Source: an uncultured cyanobacterium
GTDB taxonomy: Bacteria > Cyanobacteriota > Cyanobacteriia > Pseudanabaenales > Pseudanabaenaceae
Direction: 5' to 3'
DNA length: 64,000 bases
Assembly: GCA_963703315.1 (NCBI GenBank)
Contig: OY969811.1
Location: 3,872,001-3,936,000, forward strand
A program made the translations under genes and the position numbers. The notes under the pieces were generated by a model that was not told the DNA's origin, ran no database searches, and saw only the letters and a list, made by a program, of their open reading frames with translations. Each line of letters starts with the position of its first letter. The first letter of the stretch is position 1. Of the stretch, positions 52,919 to 64,000 are shown piece after piece.

Positions 52919-53200
52919 ATGTCAGCTAATCAAGGACAACAACTCGAAAAGTATAGTAGTCAACATCCTCAAGAAGTTTTACTAGTTAAGCTCAAAATTG
53001 ATGAAGAACTGGATGAAGTTATGATTTTTAAAGGATTTTCTAGCTCCTTAATGCGATCGACTGCCTTTGATCCTGATGTATCCGTAATTAGCGATCGCGC
53101 TGAAATTTTGACTATTGATCGCCTCACCGCACCCTATCAACCAAATCAGCCTCACTACATCCAACAAGGGATAACATGGAAAGAATTCCAAGATTTATAG
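52919..53200 (+). CDS. Conserved small cyanobacterial/plastid protein
   Basis: LEKYS...EVLLV...IFKGFSSSL...TAFDPD...IDRL..PY.P. Confidence 0.85.
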   Translation: MSANQGQQLEKYSSQHPQEVLLVKLKIDEELDEVMIFKGFSSSLMRSTAFDPDVSVISDRAEILTIDRLTAPYQPNQPHYIQQGITWKEFQDL

Positions 53201-53314
53201 CGATCGCCAGTTATGTCAGGACAAAACCAATAAATAGAGTTGCGCCGCAACTCTATTTGAGGTTGATCGCTATATTTGATCTCAAATTGATGTAATCGTA
53301 ATTCCTATTTTTTT

Positions 53315-54649
53315 ATGCTTAACGAAACAAGGCAATCAATTTATACAAAGCAGGTGAAAATCGCCTCAATTTTGCTGTACCAAAATGTGTTACAGCAGGA
53401 AACATGGGAATCCTATGTCAAACTATTGCATTGCCTTGCTAACTATCTACTTGATGGGCATGAAAATAGTTCGCGGCGACTCAGTTATTTATTCGCCTAT
53501 GGCAAATGGTTTCGAGCGATCGCGGCTACGGGCTACAACTGGAGAGATTACGTGATTTCGCAGATTCTGGCATCTGATAATCCTTTTAGTCAGCAAGCGC
53601 AAACGACAGAACTGCGGCAATTACCTGCATCCTTAGTATTGGCAGCTAAGCATGATCTACAAGTTTTAGAAGAGTTAAGTCTTTGGGGTGGAGATAAATT
53701 AGTCGATTTTATTGAGTCCTTTGGCGATCGCTCAGTGGCTTGGCAATTAACAGATAGCGATTTATCTAAACTCTCAGAAACAAAGCGTTCTCTGATTCTC
53801 AAATTTCAGGCAACTGATGGCTGGACAGAACTTTTGCCAGACCTAGCCAATTACTATAAGCACTCAGGTACAGGCATCTTTACTGACTATGAGGCATTCC
53901 GTTGGCATAAAGGACATTTGGAAGGGATTGCTTATCCTGATTTAGTCCAGTTATCGGATCTGATTGGTTACGAGTCGCAGCGCCAAACTCTATACAAAAA
54001 TACAGAAGCGTTTTTGGCTGGCTATCACGCTTTACACGTCCTGCTCTATGGCAGTCGTGGTACAGGTAAGTCGTCAATGGTCAAGTCTTTAATGTATGCC
54101 TATCGCGATCGCGGTTTACGTCTCGTCGAAGTCTCTAAAGATGCGCTAAAAGATTTACCCACCATTGCCGACATTCTGCGCCAAGTTCCCCAGAAATTTA
54201 TTATTTTTGTCGATGATTTGTCCTTTGAAGAAGAAAGCGAAGACTATAAAGCGCTCAAGGTGGTTTTGGAAGGAAATCTTTCGGCTCAACCAAACAACCT
54301 CTTAGTTTACGCAACTTCTAACCGTCGCCATTTATTGCGTGAATACTTTAGCGATCGCCCTAGCTTAAAAGATCTCAGCGATCGTAAGGAGGTCAATCCT
54401 TGGGATACAGTGCAGGAAAAGTTATCTTTAAGTGATCGCTTTGGTTTAACTTTGACCTTCCTCAATGCCGATCAAGAAATCTATCTCAAAATCGTGCATC
54501 ATCTGGCTAAACGTGCGGGGATTGAATTACTTGATGATGATCTCAATTTTCGGGCTTTGCAATGGGCAACTCGGAATAATGGACAGTCAGGACGTACTGC
54601 CCAGCAATTTGTCGATTTTCTGCAAGCAGATCTCCAACTGAAGAGTTGA
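53315..54649 (+). CDS. DUF815 AAA+ ATPase
   Basis: GSRGTGKSS, FVDDLSFEE, YATSNRRHL, EKLSLSDRFG. Confidence 0.9.
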   Translation: MLNETRQSIYTKQVKIASILLYQNVLQQETWESYVKLLHCLANYLLDGHENSSRRLSYLFAYGKWFRAIAATGYNWRDYVISQILASDNPFSQQAQTTELRQLPASLVLAAKHDLQVLEELSLWGGDKLVDFIESFGDRSVAWQLTDSDLSKLSETKRSLILKFQATDGWTELLPDLANYYKHSGTGIFTDYEAFRWHKGHLEGIAYPDLVQLSDLIGYESQRQTLYKNTEAFLAGYHALHVLLYGSRGTGKSSMVKSLMYAYRDRGLRLVEVSKDALKDLPTIADILRQVPQKFIIFVDDLSFEEESEDYKALKVVLEGNLSAQPNNLLVYATSNRRHLLREYFSDRPSLKDLSDRKEVNPWDTVQEKLSLSDRFGLTLTFLNADQEIYLKIVHHLAKRAGIELLDDDLNFRALQWATRNNGQSGRTAQQFVDFLQADLQLKS

Positions 54650-54666
54650 GAAGTAAGGTAATAACA

Positions 54667-55266
54667 ATGGCTCTCTCTGGATTACCAAATATTTTGCATG
54701 ACATTCAGTCGCGTACTAGTTGGCAGCAACGCTGTCAGTATTTACTGATTGTCGAAAAGTGGGCTGATATTGTTGGTGAGTCGGTAGCCCAGCAAACCTG
54801 TCCGATTGGAGTCTATCAAAAGTCTTTACAAGTGGCAGTTTCTAGTCCAGTTTGGTCACAGGCACTTACCTTTGAGCGCGTGCGGCTGTTAGCGAAGATT
54901 AATACTTTGCTGGGTCGCTCTAATACTTTAGCGATCGCCGATATTCATTTCTCAACGGCTAAATGGGCTACGCATCAACAAACTTTAAAACAGAGTAAGT
55001 TTGTCAACCAAGAGCATCCCAGTTATTTACCCGCGATCGCCAATGAATCACCCAAAAATAAGCGGCAGGAGCGGCAGGATCAGTTAGCCGAGACTCCTAA
55101 ACCACCTGAAACTGCTAGCGAAGCATTTCAACGTTGGCAATCGGTAATGAAGCTCCGAACCACTCAGATGCCTAAATGTCCACGCTGCGATCGCCCCGCC
55201 CTCACAGGAGAAATATCGCGTTGGCAAATGTGCCGCGTTTGTGCGATCGAACATTTATTCAAATAG
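54667..55266 (+). CDS. DUF721 / DciA-family protein with C-terminal Zn ribbon
   Basis: WADIVG..VAQQT.P...L.VAVSS..WSQ.L; CPRC...CRVC. Confidence 0.85.
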   Translation: MALSGLPNILHDIQSRTSWQQRCQYLLIVEKWADIVGESVAQQTCPIGVYQKSLQVAVSSPVWSQALTFERVRLLAKINTLLGRSNTLAIADIHFSTAKWATHQQTLKQSKFVNQEHPSYLPAIANESPKNKRQERQDQLAETPKPPETASEAFQRWQSVMKLRTTQMPKCPRCDRPALTGEISRWQMCRVCAIEHLFK

Positions 55267-55280
55267 CTTAATTCCGCATC

Positions 55281-56537
55281 ATGCCCCATCTCGAATCTCT
55301 CCATGCTTGCAATCCTAGCTTTACGCTTTGCTCTGATAGTAAGGCTAATCACTATGTGGACTTGGCAGCAATTAGGGGCGAGGATGTGGTGAAGCGTCTA
55401 CGGCGGGCGATCGCCTTATCTCCCAATAAACCCACTTACCAGCTACTTTCAGGACATATTGGTAGTGGTAAAACGACAGAATTACTCAGATTGAAATTGG
55501 GGCTAGAACAGCAAGGATTTGCTGTAATTTACTGTAGGGTAGACCAATATCTTCAGATTAACGATATTAGCTTAACTGAGCTTTGGCTAGCAATTTTAAA
55601 GTTGATTTTGCAGCAATTAGAGAGTAAGGGAGACTCATTATCTCTGGCTTATTTACCTAATACGATCGCGGAAATCGAAAAATGGATGCGGATATCTGTG
55701 CCTATTGGCGGCTCTACCTATGTGCCACGACTCCAAAGAATTTTACAAGTTCTGCAAGATAGCGATCAAAACCGTCGTCAGTTGCGTCATTATCTAGAGC
55801 CGCGCATCAAAAGTTCATTATTGGCGGCGGGTGAAGAAGTAACTAACATTGAAGTCGATCGCCTGAAGCAAATGGGAAAAAAAGGACTAGTGATTTTAGT
55901 CGATAATCTTGATCGGCTATCGCTGGCACAGGTGGAAATTATTTTTGGCGAAGGTGGTAAGTATTTACGTCAGTTTCAATGTCATACGATTTATACAATG
56001 CCACTGCTAGCGATCGCCGATCATGATGAGCAATTTCAGCAACGTTTACAGCAGCACTTAAAGGGGAATACACCGATTGTGTTACCAAATCTGGCAATAC
56101 GCGATCGGCAAGGTGCAATCAATTCCTCAAGTCTGAACTTATTGCGCCAAGTTGTCTTAGCCAGAGTATTACCAAACCTTGCGGCGGAGAAACGTTTAGA
56201 GAGAGTCACTGATTTCTTTGATCATTTAGCAACTCTCGACCTGCTCTGCGTTTCCAGTCATGGTCATTTACCTTATTTACTGTCACTGTTAGCTGGTTGT
56301 GTGCAATTCCAAGATCTGCCAATTAGCTCCAAAACACTTACCGCAGTCTTGGAAATTGATTATGCAACGAGGCTCGCAACCATTAATGACCAAGATCGCC
56401 AATCCTTGCAACACTATGTGGCTGCACCCTATCGACTGACCCCAGAGGCGATTACTCTATGTCGGCGGCTGTTGCTATTTGCCCATCATGATACGGAAGG
56501 CGATTGGTTTAGCAGTCCCTTTGTCAATCCCAACTAA
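55281..56537 (+). CDS. P-loop AAA-type ATPase
   Basis: GHIGSGKTTEL Walker A; VILVDNLDR Walker B. Confidence 0.85.
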   Translation: MPHLESLHACNPSFTLCSDSKANHYVDLAAIRGEDVVKRLRRAIALSPNKPTYQLLSGHIGSGKTTELLRLKLGLEQQGFAVIYCRVDQYLQINDISLTELWLAILKLILQQLESKGDSLSLAYLPNTIAEIEKWMRISVPIGGSTYVPRLQRILQVLQDSDQNRRQLRHYLEPRIKSSLLAAGEEVTNIEVDRLKQMGKKGLVILVDNLDRLSLAQVEIIFGEGGKYLRQFQCHTIYTMPLLAIADHDEQFQQRLQQHLKGNTPIVLPNLAIRDRQGAINSSSLNLLRQVVLARVLPNLAAEKRLERVTDFFDHLATLDLLCVSSHGHLPYLLSLLAGCVQFQDLPISSKTLTAVLEIDYATRLATINDQDRQSLQHYVAAPYRLTPEAITLCRRLLLFAHHDTEGDWFSSPFVNPN

Positions 56538-56591
56538 AGGAAGCAAATTTTTGTGGCGCGGCTTTGCCGCGCCACAAAAATTTGCTTCCTT

Positions 56592-59471
56592 TTACTGCAC
56601 AAGTTCCCCTAAACAATTAATCAATTCGCCAACCACGATAGGTTTACTGAGATATCCATTCGCGCCGAGACTGATCGCTTTTTGCCGATGCCGATCGCCT
56701 GTGCGGGAGGTCAGCATCACTACGGGCAGAGCGTACCAAAGATCGTGGGTGCGAACGGTTTGTAGTAGATTAAATCCATTCACTCTTGGCATTTCCACAT
56801 CGGAGATCACCATCGAAACTTTGCCTTGAACGCGATTAAGTACATCAAGGGCTTCTTGACCATCACGACAGGCAATCACTTCAAAATCTAATTGCTTCAG
56901 CATTCGCTCTAGCATATTTCGAGTTGCGATCGAATCCTCCGCAATCAAAATTGTCTTGACTCTTTTTTGAGCAACATTAACTTCTGGGTTGCCCTTGACC
57001 GCTAATTTTTGATTAACTTTTTGCTTGGATTTTGCAGTATTTTTCTGGAGCAGAACATTTAAGTTGTCAGGAACTAAAACAGGTACAACTTGCCCTGTGC
57101 CTAAAATCGTACAACCTGCGAGATAACTGGGAGTAGCTACACTGCGATCAAAAGGTTTTAGAATTAATTGTCGTTCTTCAATAATCGTGTCAATGGCTAC
57201 AGCGATCGGGAGATCGTTCCGATTGAGAACTAAACATACCTTAGCGAGTAATTCATGATTTCCCTCAATATAGGGAAGAGCTTGTTTGAGATGTAATAAC
57301 GGGATGAATTTCTTTCGCCAAGCGAGTTCTGTTGAGTTGTTTGCTTGAGAAATCTGAGCTTCTGCATAAGGAAAAATATCTAAGATATCGTTAGCAGGAA
57401 TTGCAATGAGGTTCTCGCCGATCGCACAAATCAGTAATGTAATGAGACTCAACCCAAGCGGTAACCGAATTGTAAACGTCGTTCCCTGACCTTGTAAGGT
57501 CTCAACTTGGATATTCCCGCGCAAACGGTTGATTTGCGATCGCACAATATCTAAGCCCATGCCGCGCCCAGAGATATCACTCACAACATTGCGGGTTGAG
57601 AAATGGGGCTGAAAAATAAAATTGAGAATTTCTTGACGTGGAAGTTTGCCAATGGGAATTTCGGCAGGACAAATATTTCTCTCAACGGCGCGATCGTAAA
57701 CTTTTTGGAGATTAATGCCATCACCATCGTCCTTAAGCGAAATAACTACTTGATTTCCTGCAATAACGGCGCTAAGGGTGAGAATTGCTGTCTCAGGCTT
57801 GCCCAATTCCAATCGAGTCTCAGGCATCTCCACACCATGATCGAAGGCATTGATTAATAGATGGTTTAATGGTGTTTGTAATTGTTCTAAGATTACTTGG
57901 TCAATGGGAACATCTTCACCTTGAATGACTAGTTCTACTTGTTTGTTAAAGCGCTGACAGAGCCGCTTCAGTTGTGGCACAAATCGACTCGCAAGGGTTT
58001 TAAAAGGAACCAGACGGGATTGGGTTAATTGACCATAGAGCCGATCTAAATCCTGCCGTAAATATTCGATTTCTTCGCCTAAGTCGCGATAACTTAGGTC
58101 AATGTCAGAGCGACTTTCCCGAACGCGCAGCAGGACTTCTTGAAAATTTTGCAGAGTAATATGCGAAGAAGAATATTGATCAAGTTCTAATTGATCAAAA
58201 TCCTCATTGATCTGGTTGCTGACCGCTTGATTAATTATAGAACTATTTTGGGAATTAGGATTTGGTGTCGCGATCGCCAGTTGATCGTAAACTGTCTGCA
58301 CTTGCTCCTGTAGCGGAATCATCTGCAATACCAGCGACTGTAAATTTTTATTGGTCTGTCCTAATTGCTGCTGTTGTCGCAGTAAACGTTCATGGCGCAA
58401 GATCATTTCGGCGACTGTATTAGTCATACTCTCAATTTGAGCAGAGGGAATCCGCAAATACGAAATTGCTTCGGAGGTGGCAGGGGCGAGCGCTGGTGAT
58501 TCGAGTACAGTTTGGATCGGATTGACAACTTTCTGTTCAATGATCGGTTCTGCAATGACGGTCGAACTATGATCTATATTTGATGCCTGAATGATCGATT
58601 TTGCTTGACTCTCATCAGCTTCTTTTGGTGCAGAAGTTAATTGAGATGATCCTTCTGTAATGGGAGCATCGCCATAGAGATATTGCAAACGCTGCGATCG
58701 CAACCTGTTGATCACAACTTGGACTTCTGACAGGAGGTTCGTGATCTCCTTTTCTTGGGGAAGACGTGCTTCAAAAGGTTCCACTGTGTCAATCAGCCAA
58801 TCTAGCCGCAAAGTATCACCGAGCAGTAGACATTCTTCACAAAAATATTGTAGTTCTACTCTAATGGCGGTTTCAGATAAAGATGCATTGGCTAATAATT
58901 TAGTTTCTACTTGCTTAATACAGGCTTCTAAATCCTTCTCTAAGGAAGATATAACAATGGGACTAAGGGTTGACTTGGGCTGATTGGGACTATTGGCGAT
59001 CGCATCGGTGGTTGACGTGTTTTCCTCTGATTTCTCAGATTCATCGTTAACGATCGCGAGTAAAGCATCCAATTTCTGCAATAGTTCGAGATCGATATTA
59101 ATGTCAACTAAGGCATTATTTGGTAAATTGCTTGCCTGCGAAAGTACTGCCGCTACTTCATCAATGCCCTGACTTAACACTTCCGCAATCGTAGTGCGAT
59201 CGCAAAATTCGTTATGTTGCAAAATCTCTAGCAGATCTTCTAATTTATGCGCGAGCTTGCTGAGACTGAGTAATTCAGCGATCGCTGAACCACCTTTGAG
59301 AGAATGTGCCGCGTGCATCAAAAAGATGTAGTCAGGTTTTCCCGCTTGGATTTGGGCTAAACCGCGTTGGAGATTTGCCAAATAACCAGGTGCATCCTCA
59401 TTGAGAAAGCATTGACGAGTTTCAATCGCAATCTCATTTAAAACCTCGGCATTTAAAGTTCGCATGGGCAT
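56592..59471 (-). CDS. cheA: CheA-like hybrid kinase (Hpt-HATPase-CheW-REC)
   Basis: AAHSLKGG, NAFDHG, DDGDG, SGRGMGLD, C-terminal receiver. Confidence 0.93.
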   Translation of the reverse strand: MPMRTLNAEVLNEIAIETRQCFLNEDAPGYLANLQRGLAQIQAGKPDYIFLMHAAHSLKGGSAIAELLSLSKLAHKLEDLLEILQHNEFCDRTTIAEVLSQGIDEVAAVLSQASNLPNNALVDINIDLELLQKLDALLAIVNDESEKSEENTSTTDAIANSPNQPKSTLSPIVISSLEKDLEACIKQVETKLLANASLSETAIRVELQYFCEECLLLGDTLRLDWLIDTVEPFEARLPQEKEITNLLSEVQVVINRLRSQRLQYLYGDAPITEGSSQLTSAPKEADESQAKSIIQASNIDHSSTVIAEPIIEQKVVNPIQTVLESPALAPATSEAISYLRIPSAQIESMTNTVAEMILRHERLLRQQQQLGQTNKNLQSLVLQMIPLQEQVQTVYDQLAIATPNPNSQNSSIINQAVSNQINEDFDQLELDQYSSSHITLQNFQEVLLRVRESRSDIDLSYRDLGEEIEYLRQDLDRLYGQLTQSRLVPFKTLASRFVPQLKRLCQRFNKQVELVIQGEDVPIDQVILEQLQTPLNHLLINAFDHGVEMPETRLELGKPETAILTLSAVIAGNQVVISLKDDGDGINLQKVYDRAVERNICPAEIPIGKLPRQEILNFIFQPHFSTRNVVSDISGRGMGLDIVRSQINRLRGNIQVETLQGQGTTFTIRLPLGLSLITLLICAIGENLIAIPANDILDIFPYAEAQISQANNSTELAWRKKFIPLLHLKQALPYIEGNHELLAKVCLVLNRNDLPIAVAIDTIIEERQLILKPFDRSVATPSYLAGCTILGTGQVVPVLVPDNLNVLLQKNTAKSKQKVNQKLAVKGNPEVNVAQKRVKTILIAEDSIATRNMLERMLKQLDFEVIACRDGQEALDVLNRVQGKVSMVISDVEMPRVNGFNLLQTVRTHDLWYALPVVMLTSRTGDRHRQKAISLGANGYLSKPIVVGELINCLGELVQ

Positions 59472-59486
59472 AATCTTGCAAATTGC

Positions 59487-62204
59487 TTACTCGGATTTTT
59501 CTAGACGGAACTGACGTACGGAGGTTTGCAGTTCATCAACTACTCCCACCAGTACTTGCAGCGAGGAAACGACGGTTTGGGTATCGGTGGCGGTGGATTG
59601 GGCGATCGCATTGGCATTTTCCATAATGCTGTTCACCTTTTGCGAGACTTGAGTTTGGGAAATCGTACTGCTGGAAATGGTCTGTAAGTAGTTGTCGATG
59701 GTTTGGCTCAGATCTGCCAAGTCCTTCAGCGTTTCCTTAGTTTCTTCAACGGATTGGGTTCCCGCGACAACCTCCGCAGTTCCTATTTCCATCGCTTTTA
59801 GTACTTCTGTAGTCTCTTGCTGAATGTTGGTAACCAGTAACTGAATTTCTCTGGTTGCATCGGTTACGCGATCAGCTAAGCGCCTCACCTCATCGGCAAC
59901 GACCCGAAAACCCTGTCCATTTTCACCTGCTCTAGCCGCTTCGATGGAAGCGTTAAAAGCGAGTAAGTTGGTTTTCTCGGAGATACTAGAAATAATCGAT
60001 ACAATTTGCGAAACCTCTTGGGATGACTCGGCAAGTTGCTTCATCTTTTTCGATGTAGCGGCAACCGTAGACCGAATTGCTTTAATACTGCCGACCGTGC
60101 GATCCATTTTCACATCACCTTCTCTCGCCGCGATCGCCGCTTTTCTTGCCACACCTGCCGCATCCTGAGCCGATTGAGCTACCTGTGCGATCGACTGCGT
60201 ATTTTGTTCTACCGCTTCAAGGGCTTGAGCGATACCGTCAGACTGTGCCAACGATGCACTGGAAAACTTCTGGACGGAGTTTTCACTTTCTTTTGCCAGC
60301 GATTCTGCATGGATTGCCGTAGATTTGACTTCTTCCACCAAGTTCCGCAATTTGCGAATCGTGGCGTTAAAAGCATCAGCGATCGAGCCAACCACACCAT
60401 CTGTGACCTTTGCCTCAGCCGTTAAGTCACCTTTTTGTGCGCCTTCAATTTCCAAGAGCAGATTGATAACTTCCCTTTGCAGCAATTCCTTCTCTTTACG
60501 TTGGATTTCCGCTTCCTGCTCCTTGAGTAGAGACTGTTGTGCTAGCGCCTTCTCAGACATCTCAATACTGTCTGCCATGCTGTTAAAGGATTGCGCTAAT
60601 TCCCCAATTTCATCTTTAGCAAATACCTCTGCTCTTGCCTTGCGATCGCCTAATGTAAATCGCTTAGCGATCGGAGTGAGAGATTGTACAGGCTTAGCAA
60701 CCACCCGATCCAAAAATCTTGCTAATAAAATATCCAAAAGAATGACGATCGCTGCGGAAATACTGAGGGCAATCCATGTATTTTTCAACAAATCGTTCAT
60801 TTCCGTTTCAGGTGTCCCCCGCACCAGAATGCCGACAGGAGCATTGCTATACTTGGGTACAGCCCCTTTATCAGTTTCAATAATGCGATTGGGAACGGCT
60901 CTCGCTGCCATCGTGTAATAGGTATTCCCCACTAACACCCGACCTGTTACTGTTTGTCCATTTTCCGCAGCCGCAGCACGACTGAGTAACTCATCTGCTG
61001 CTGCCCCTGAGATTGGCAGATTAGCATTACTCGTCTCAAAGTTGGGTTGTTCAATGGAAGTCGCGATCGCAAATTCGCCCGATGGTTTGCGATAGTACAC
61101 CGCACCATAGCCGCCTAATCCTTTCTTGCCAGTCGTTTGAGCCGTTGATGCCAGAGCTTTGAGCGTATTATCGACAATGGGAGCTTTTTTATTGACGATA
61201 TCTCCTGAAATCAACACGCCAATAATTTTCTGAGTTGCGGGATCTTTAACTGCTGTAGCGGTGTAACGAATGAGAGAATCAATCGGTGTAAAGCCATCGG
61301 GCAAAGGCGGCGCTTCCTTTTGCAGATCATCAGCACTAACGATCGCGGTTGCTTTGATTTGACTAGGATCTGCCAGAATATCGCTTACTAAATTATTGGG
61401 ATTAAAGTCTTGCCCTGTGCGATCGCTATTAGCACTGACAATCACCTTCGCATCGACACCAACTAGGGTCGCATATTCAATCTTTCTTGCCTTAATTTCG
61501 TTCTCCAGAATCTTCTTCACCTGCTCTTTGAGAGGGGCGGGAACTGGTTGCTTAGTGGCATAGTTGCTAGCCGCACTAATTACTGCCGCGTTGTCTGACT
61601 GCCCCCGAAACCCAAACCCCATCTGATTAATTTTGATGTTGTAGTTGATTTCCATAACCGACACTTCCGACTGTGCCTGTTTGAATAACTGATCCTGCAA
61701 AGAGCGACCAATTAAGAATGCACCAAAACCCACCAGAGAAAGCGATAACAATTCCGAAACTAATAGAGCCGAAAACTGCTTACGTCCCACAGGTAAATCA
61801 TAAAACCACTGTAATCGCGAAGATTTTTGCGGGGATGTCGCTTTTGACGATTTGGTGACTTTTTTAGCGGGTTGTTGCTCTGATTCTCTGGGAGAGTAAG
61901 TTGATGAACTGGAGGGCGCAGCGATCGCGACACCTTGAGTAGAGCCATACTCCGTTTCTCCCATTGCTTCGATCGCCTTAGTGGCGATCGCGGCATAGGT
62001 TCCATCCTCATCTTCTTCAATAATTTGCTGATAAATTTCGCGTGCCGCATTGGTATTACCTTGGCTCTCCAAATCATAGGCATACAGAATTCGTGCCATC
62101 GGATCGCCGCCTTGTGGTGAATTCCCATTGCCATTAGCAGAGCCTTTCCCATTGCCATTAGGAGCGAGAGATACTGAGGTTAAAGTGTCGTTATTTGGAG
62201 TCAT
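59487..62204 (-). CDS. Methyl-accepting chemotaxis protein (TPR-like N-terminus, periplasmic sensor, HAMPs)
   Basis: [33 protein letters not shown]; two TMs; [11 protein letters not shown]. Confidence 0.95.
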   Translation of the reverse strand: MTPNNDTLTSVSLAPNGNGKGSANGNGNSPQGGDPMARILYAYDLESQGNTNAAREIYQQIIEEDEDGTYAAIATKAIEAMGETEYGSTQGVAIAAPSSSSTYSPRESEQQPAKKVTKSSKATSPQKSSRLQWFYDLPVGRKQFSALLVSELLSLSLVGFGAFLIGRSLQDQLFKQAQSEVSVMEINYNIKINQMGFGFRGQSDNAAVISAASNYATKQPVPAPLKEQVKKILENEIKARKIEYATLVGVDAKVIVSANSDRTGQDFNPNNLVSDILADPSQIKATAIVSADDLQKEAPPLPDGFTPIDSLIRYTATAVKDPATQKIIGVLISGDIVNKKAPIVDNTLKALASTAQTTGKKGLGGYGAVYYRKPSGEFAIATSIEQPNFETSNANLPISGAAADELLSRAAAAENGQTVTGRVLVGNTYYTMAARAVPNRIIETDKGAVPKYSNAPVGILVRGTPETEMNDLLKNTWIALSISAAIVILLDILLARFLDRVVAKPVQSLTPIAKRFTLGDRKARAEVFAKDEIGELAQSFNSMADSIEMSEKALAQQSLLKEQEAEIQRKEKELLQREVINLLLEIEGAQKGDLTAEAKVTDGVVGSIADAFNATIRKLRNLVEEVKSTAIHAESLAKESENSVQKFSSASLAQSDGIAQALEAVEQNTQSIAQVAQSAQDAAGVARKAAIAAREGDVKMDRTVGSIKAIRSTVAATSKKMKQLAESSQEVSQIVSIISSISEKTNLLAFNASIEAARAGENGQGFRVVADEVRRLADRVTDATREIQLLVTNIQQETTEVLKAMEIGTAEVVAGTQSVEETKETLKDLADLSQTIDNYLQTISSSTISQTQVSQKVNSIMENANAIAQSTATDTQTVVSSLQVLVGVVDELQTSVRQFRLEKSE

Positions 62205-62261
62205 GGTTTTAATTAAAAGTTAATAGACTTAACTAGTGGTGTGCAGCTTTGCCGCGCACCA

Positions 62262-62777
62262 CTAATTCTTGACTGGAATACTCGCAATATCGGCTAATTC
62301 CGCGATCGCCTCATTACCCCCCACATCAGGATTTAAAATCCGAAATACCTCATTCACATTCAAAACCCCGTAGGTATTACCATCTAGCTTTACCAATCCT
62401 GATAGCAAAGCCTTAGCCCGTGATGGCAATTTTGCTGGTAAAGCAATTAGCTTTTGAGAATCAAGAGTAACCATTTCCTCCAGTGCTGTCACGATCGAAG
62501 CAAGGCGACGGATTCCCCCATCTGGCATCGGCGCACGCAGAGCGATCGTTATAATTGGTTTTGCCAAAGGCGTTGGCTGAATCCCAAAAAATTTCTCTAA
62601 ATTCAGCACCCATAGTAAACTGCCCCGTTGGTTAGTAATTCCTAACAGACAAGGATCTACCCCCGGAATGGGACTAATGTCTTGAGGCTGTAGCTGCACA
62701 ACCTCATCAACATAACTGACTGGGATTACAATCCGCAGTAATGAAGAAACCCTAATTCGGCAATATTCTTGAATCAT
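62262..62777 (-). CDS. cheW: CheW adaptor
   Basis: ISPIPGV...LLGITNQRGSLLWV. Confidence 0.9.
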   Translation of the reverse strand: MIQEYCRIRVSSLLRIVIPVSYVDEVVQLQPQDISPIPGVDPCLLGITNQRGSLLWVLNLEKFFGIQPTPLAKPIITIALRAPMPDGGIRRLASIVTALEEMVTLDSQKLIALPAKLPSRAKALLSGLVKLDGNTYGVLNVNEVFRILNPDVGGNEAIAELADIASIPVKN

Positions 62778-62846
62778 AGAGATATTCGGAAACGAGTTGA
62801 TGAAGATGATTTACTAAAAGCAGTAAATCATCACTTCTGTAATTAC

Positions 62847-63212
62847 CTAATTAACGTGTTGATAAACCGTATCTAGTAATTGTTTGGGTGCAAATGGCTT
62901 AGTTAAATAGGCATTTCCGCCCTGACGCAAAGCCCAGAATTTATCGAATTCTTGATCTTTAGAAGTACAAAAGATAATCGGAATTTGTTTAAACTGATCT
63001 TCATTGCGAATGGTACGACAGAGATCGAGACCACTTTGACCAGGCATAATCACATCTAAAACAATTAGATTGGGTGGTGTATGGTTAGATAGCCATTGCC
63101 AAGCATCTTCAGCATTTCCTTGCAAAATCACATCAAATCCAGAACGCGATAATAAACTGGAAATAAGTTGCTGTTCTGCGTGTCCATCTTCAACAACGAG
63201 TACGGTTTTCAT
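62847..63212 (-). CDS. CheY/PilH-like response regulator
   Basis: Single receiver domain, LDVIMP, DKFWALRQG. Confidence 0.92.
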   Translation of the reverse strand: MKTVLVVEDGHAEQQLISSLLSRSGFDVILQGNAEDAWQWLSNHTPPNLIVLDVIMPGQSGLDLCRTIRNEDQFKQIPIIFCTSKDQEFDKFWALRQGGNAYLTKPFAPKQLLDTVYQHVN

Positions 63213-63335
63213 AGAGTCTTTAATTATGGTGGTTCTGATTGATTAGGGTTGTGCTGTAAGAACTAGTTTTTGAGTGATGCGGCGATGCTACGCCACCCAA
63301 AATTGGTTCCTTCTTTTGGTTAGAGACTGCTCGAA

Positions 63336-64000
63336 TTAGGATAAACAACTCGAAGAGTCGCCCATCTTTAGGTCAATGTTATTACTAAACTGATTATTGA
63401 GATTTTGGTTGTTTTGGAGAAGGCGCTGAACTTTACTAATGAGTTTGTCCGCATTTACAGGTTTGATGATGTAATCATTTGCCCCTGCGAGTTGCGCCCT
63501 CATGCGATCGATGATGCCATCTCTCCCTGTGAACATCACAATTGGAACATTCCGCATATGTCGCGATTGCCGTAACATTGTGCAGAGTTCATATCCATCA
63601 ATTTCTGGCATAGTAATATCCATTAAAATTAATGCAGGTTTTTGCCTGACTAAGGAAGTCAGACAACTAGTGGGATCGGTAATTCCCAACACTTGAAATC
63701 CAGACATTTCGAGTACCATCTTTACCTGACGCTGCACTGTGTGACTGTCATCGATACAAGCAATCAAAGGACCTGTTGGTGCTTGAAAAGCGATCGCTGG
63801 ACTGGTCTGTGATGGAAATACTTCCAAAATCTTGTTAGCAATTAATGGAGCTAACCATAATGCCAATACATGAGGTTCTATTTCTAACTGACGGCACATC
63901 GTGTAGATGCTGAGTTTCTGCTCTAAGATGTCTAGCCAGACAGATAGACTCACATTTTGTAAGCTGGGATTTTGGGGTGATACCTTTCCTGTTCGTGCAT
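63336..64000 (-). CDS. PatA-family response regulator, C-terminal part; start lies beyond the window
   Basis: ACIDDS, LMDITMP.IDGYELC, GRDGIIDRMRA; first gene of a patA-cheY-cheW-MCP-cheA cluster. Confidence 0.85.
   Translation of the reverse strand, partial: ARTGKVSPQNPSLQNVSLSVWLDILEQKLSIYTMCRQLEIEPHVLALWLAPLIANKILEVFPSQTSPAIAFQAPTGPLIACIDDSHTVQRQVKMVLEMSGFQVLGITDPTSCLTSLVRQKPALILMDITMPEIDGYELCTMLRQSRHMRNVPIVMFTGRDGIIDRMRAQLAGANDYIIKPVNADKLISKVQRLLQNNQNLNNQFSNNIDLKMGDSSSCLS

Overview
Chromosomal window from a cyanobacterium, probably a filamentous Pseudanabaena-like strain (inferred from dense HIP1 GCGATCGC sites and from psbV, psb32 and a PatA-type taxis cluster). It contains the likely replication origin upstream of dnaN, with 11 clustered DnaA boxes, a (TAG)4 DnaA-trio run and an AT-rich flank, but no adjacent dnaA. 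Housekeeping genes include hisA, lpxD, sodB, msrB, dnaN and gap. An accessory stretch at 4.3-9.0 kb carries a Cys/His-rich orphan, RusA coupled to a REase-HEPN-like protein, and DUF4160/DUF2442, with several genes bracketed by REP-like repeats. A copper cluster has two MerR-type promoters and a CopR-like box. A TPR-CHAT protease gene is broken by two different IS elements, and there are three IS copies in total. Other content: a STAND-WD40 protein, a lipoxygenase and a collagen-like protein. The most unusual structures are (i) a tandem array of eight exported proteins, four sharing one lipoprotein N-terminus fused to unrelated C-terminal domains, with a visible duplication scar; (ii) toxin-antitoxin-like cassettes sandwiched between direct REP/REPIN repeats; and (iii) about 22 long hairpins with a shared GC-NNN-GC core whose arms mirror local sequence, including gene 3' ends. 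All family assignments come from motif recognition by eye; no searches were run.
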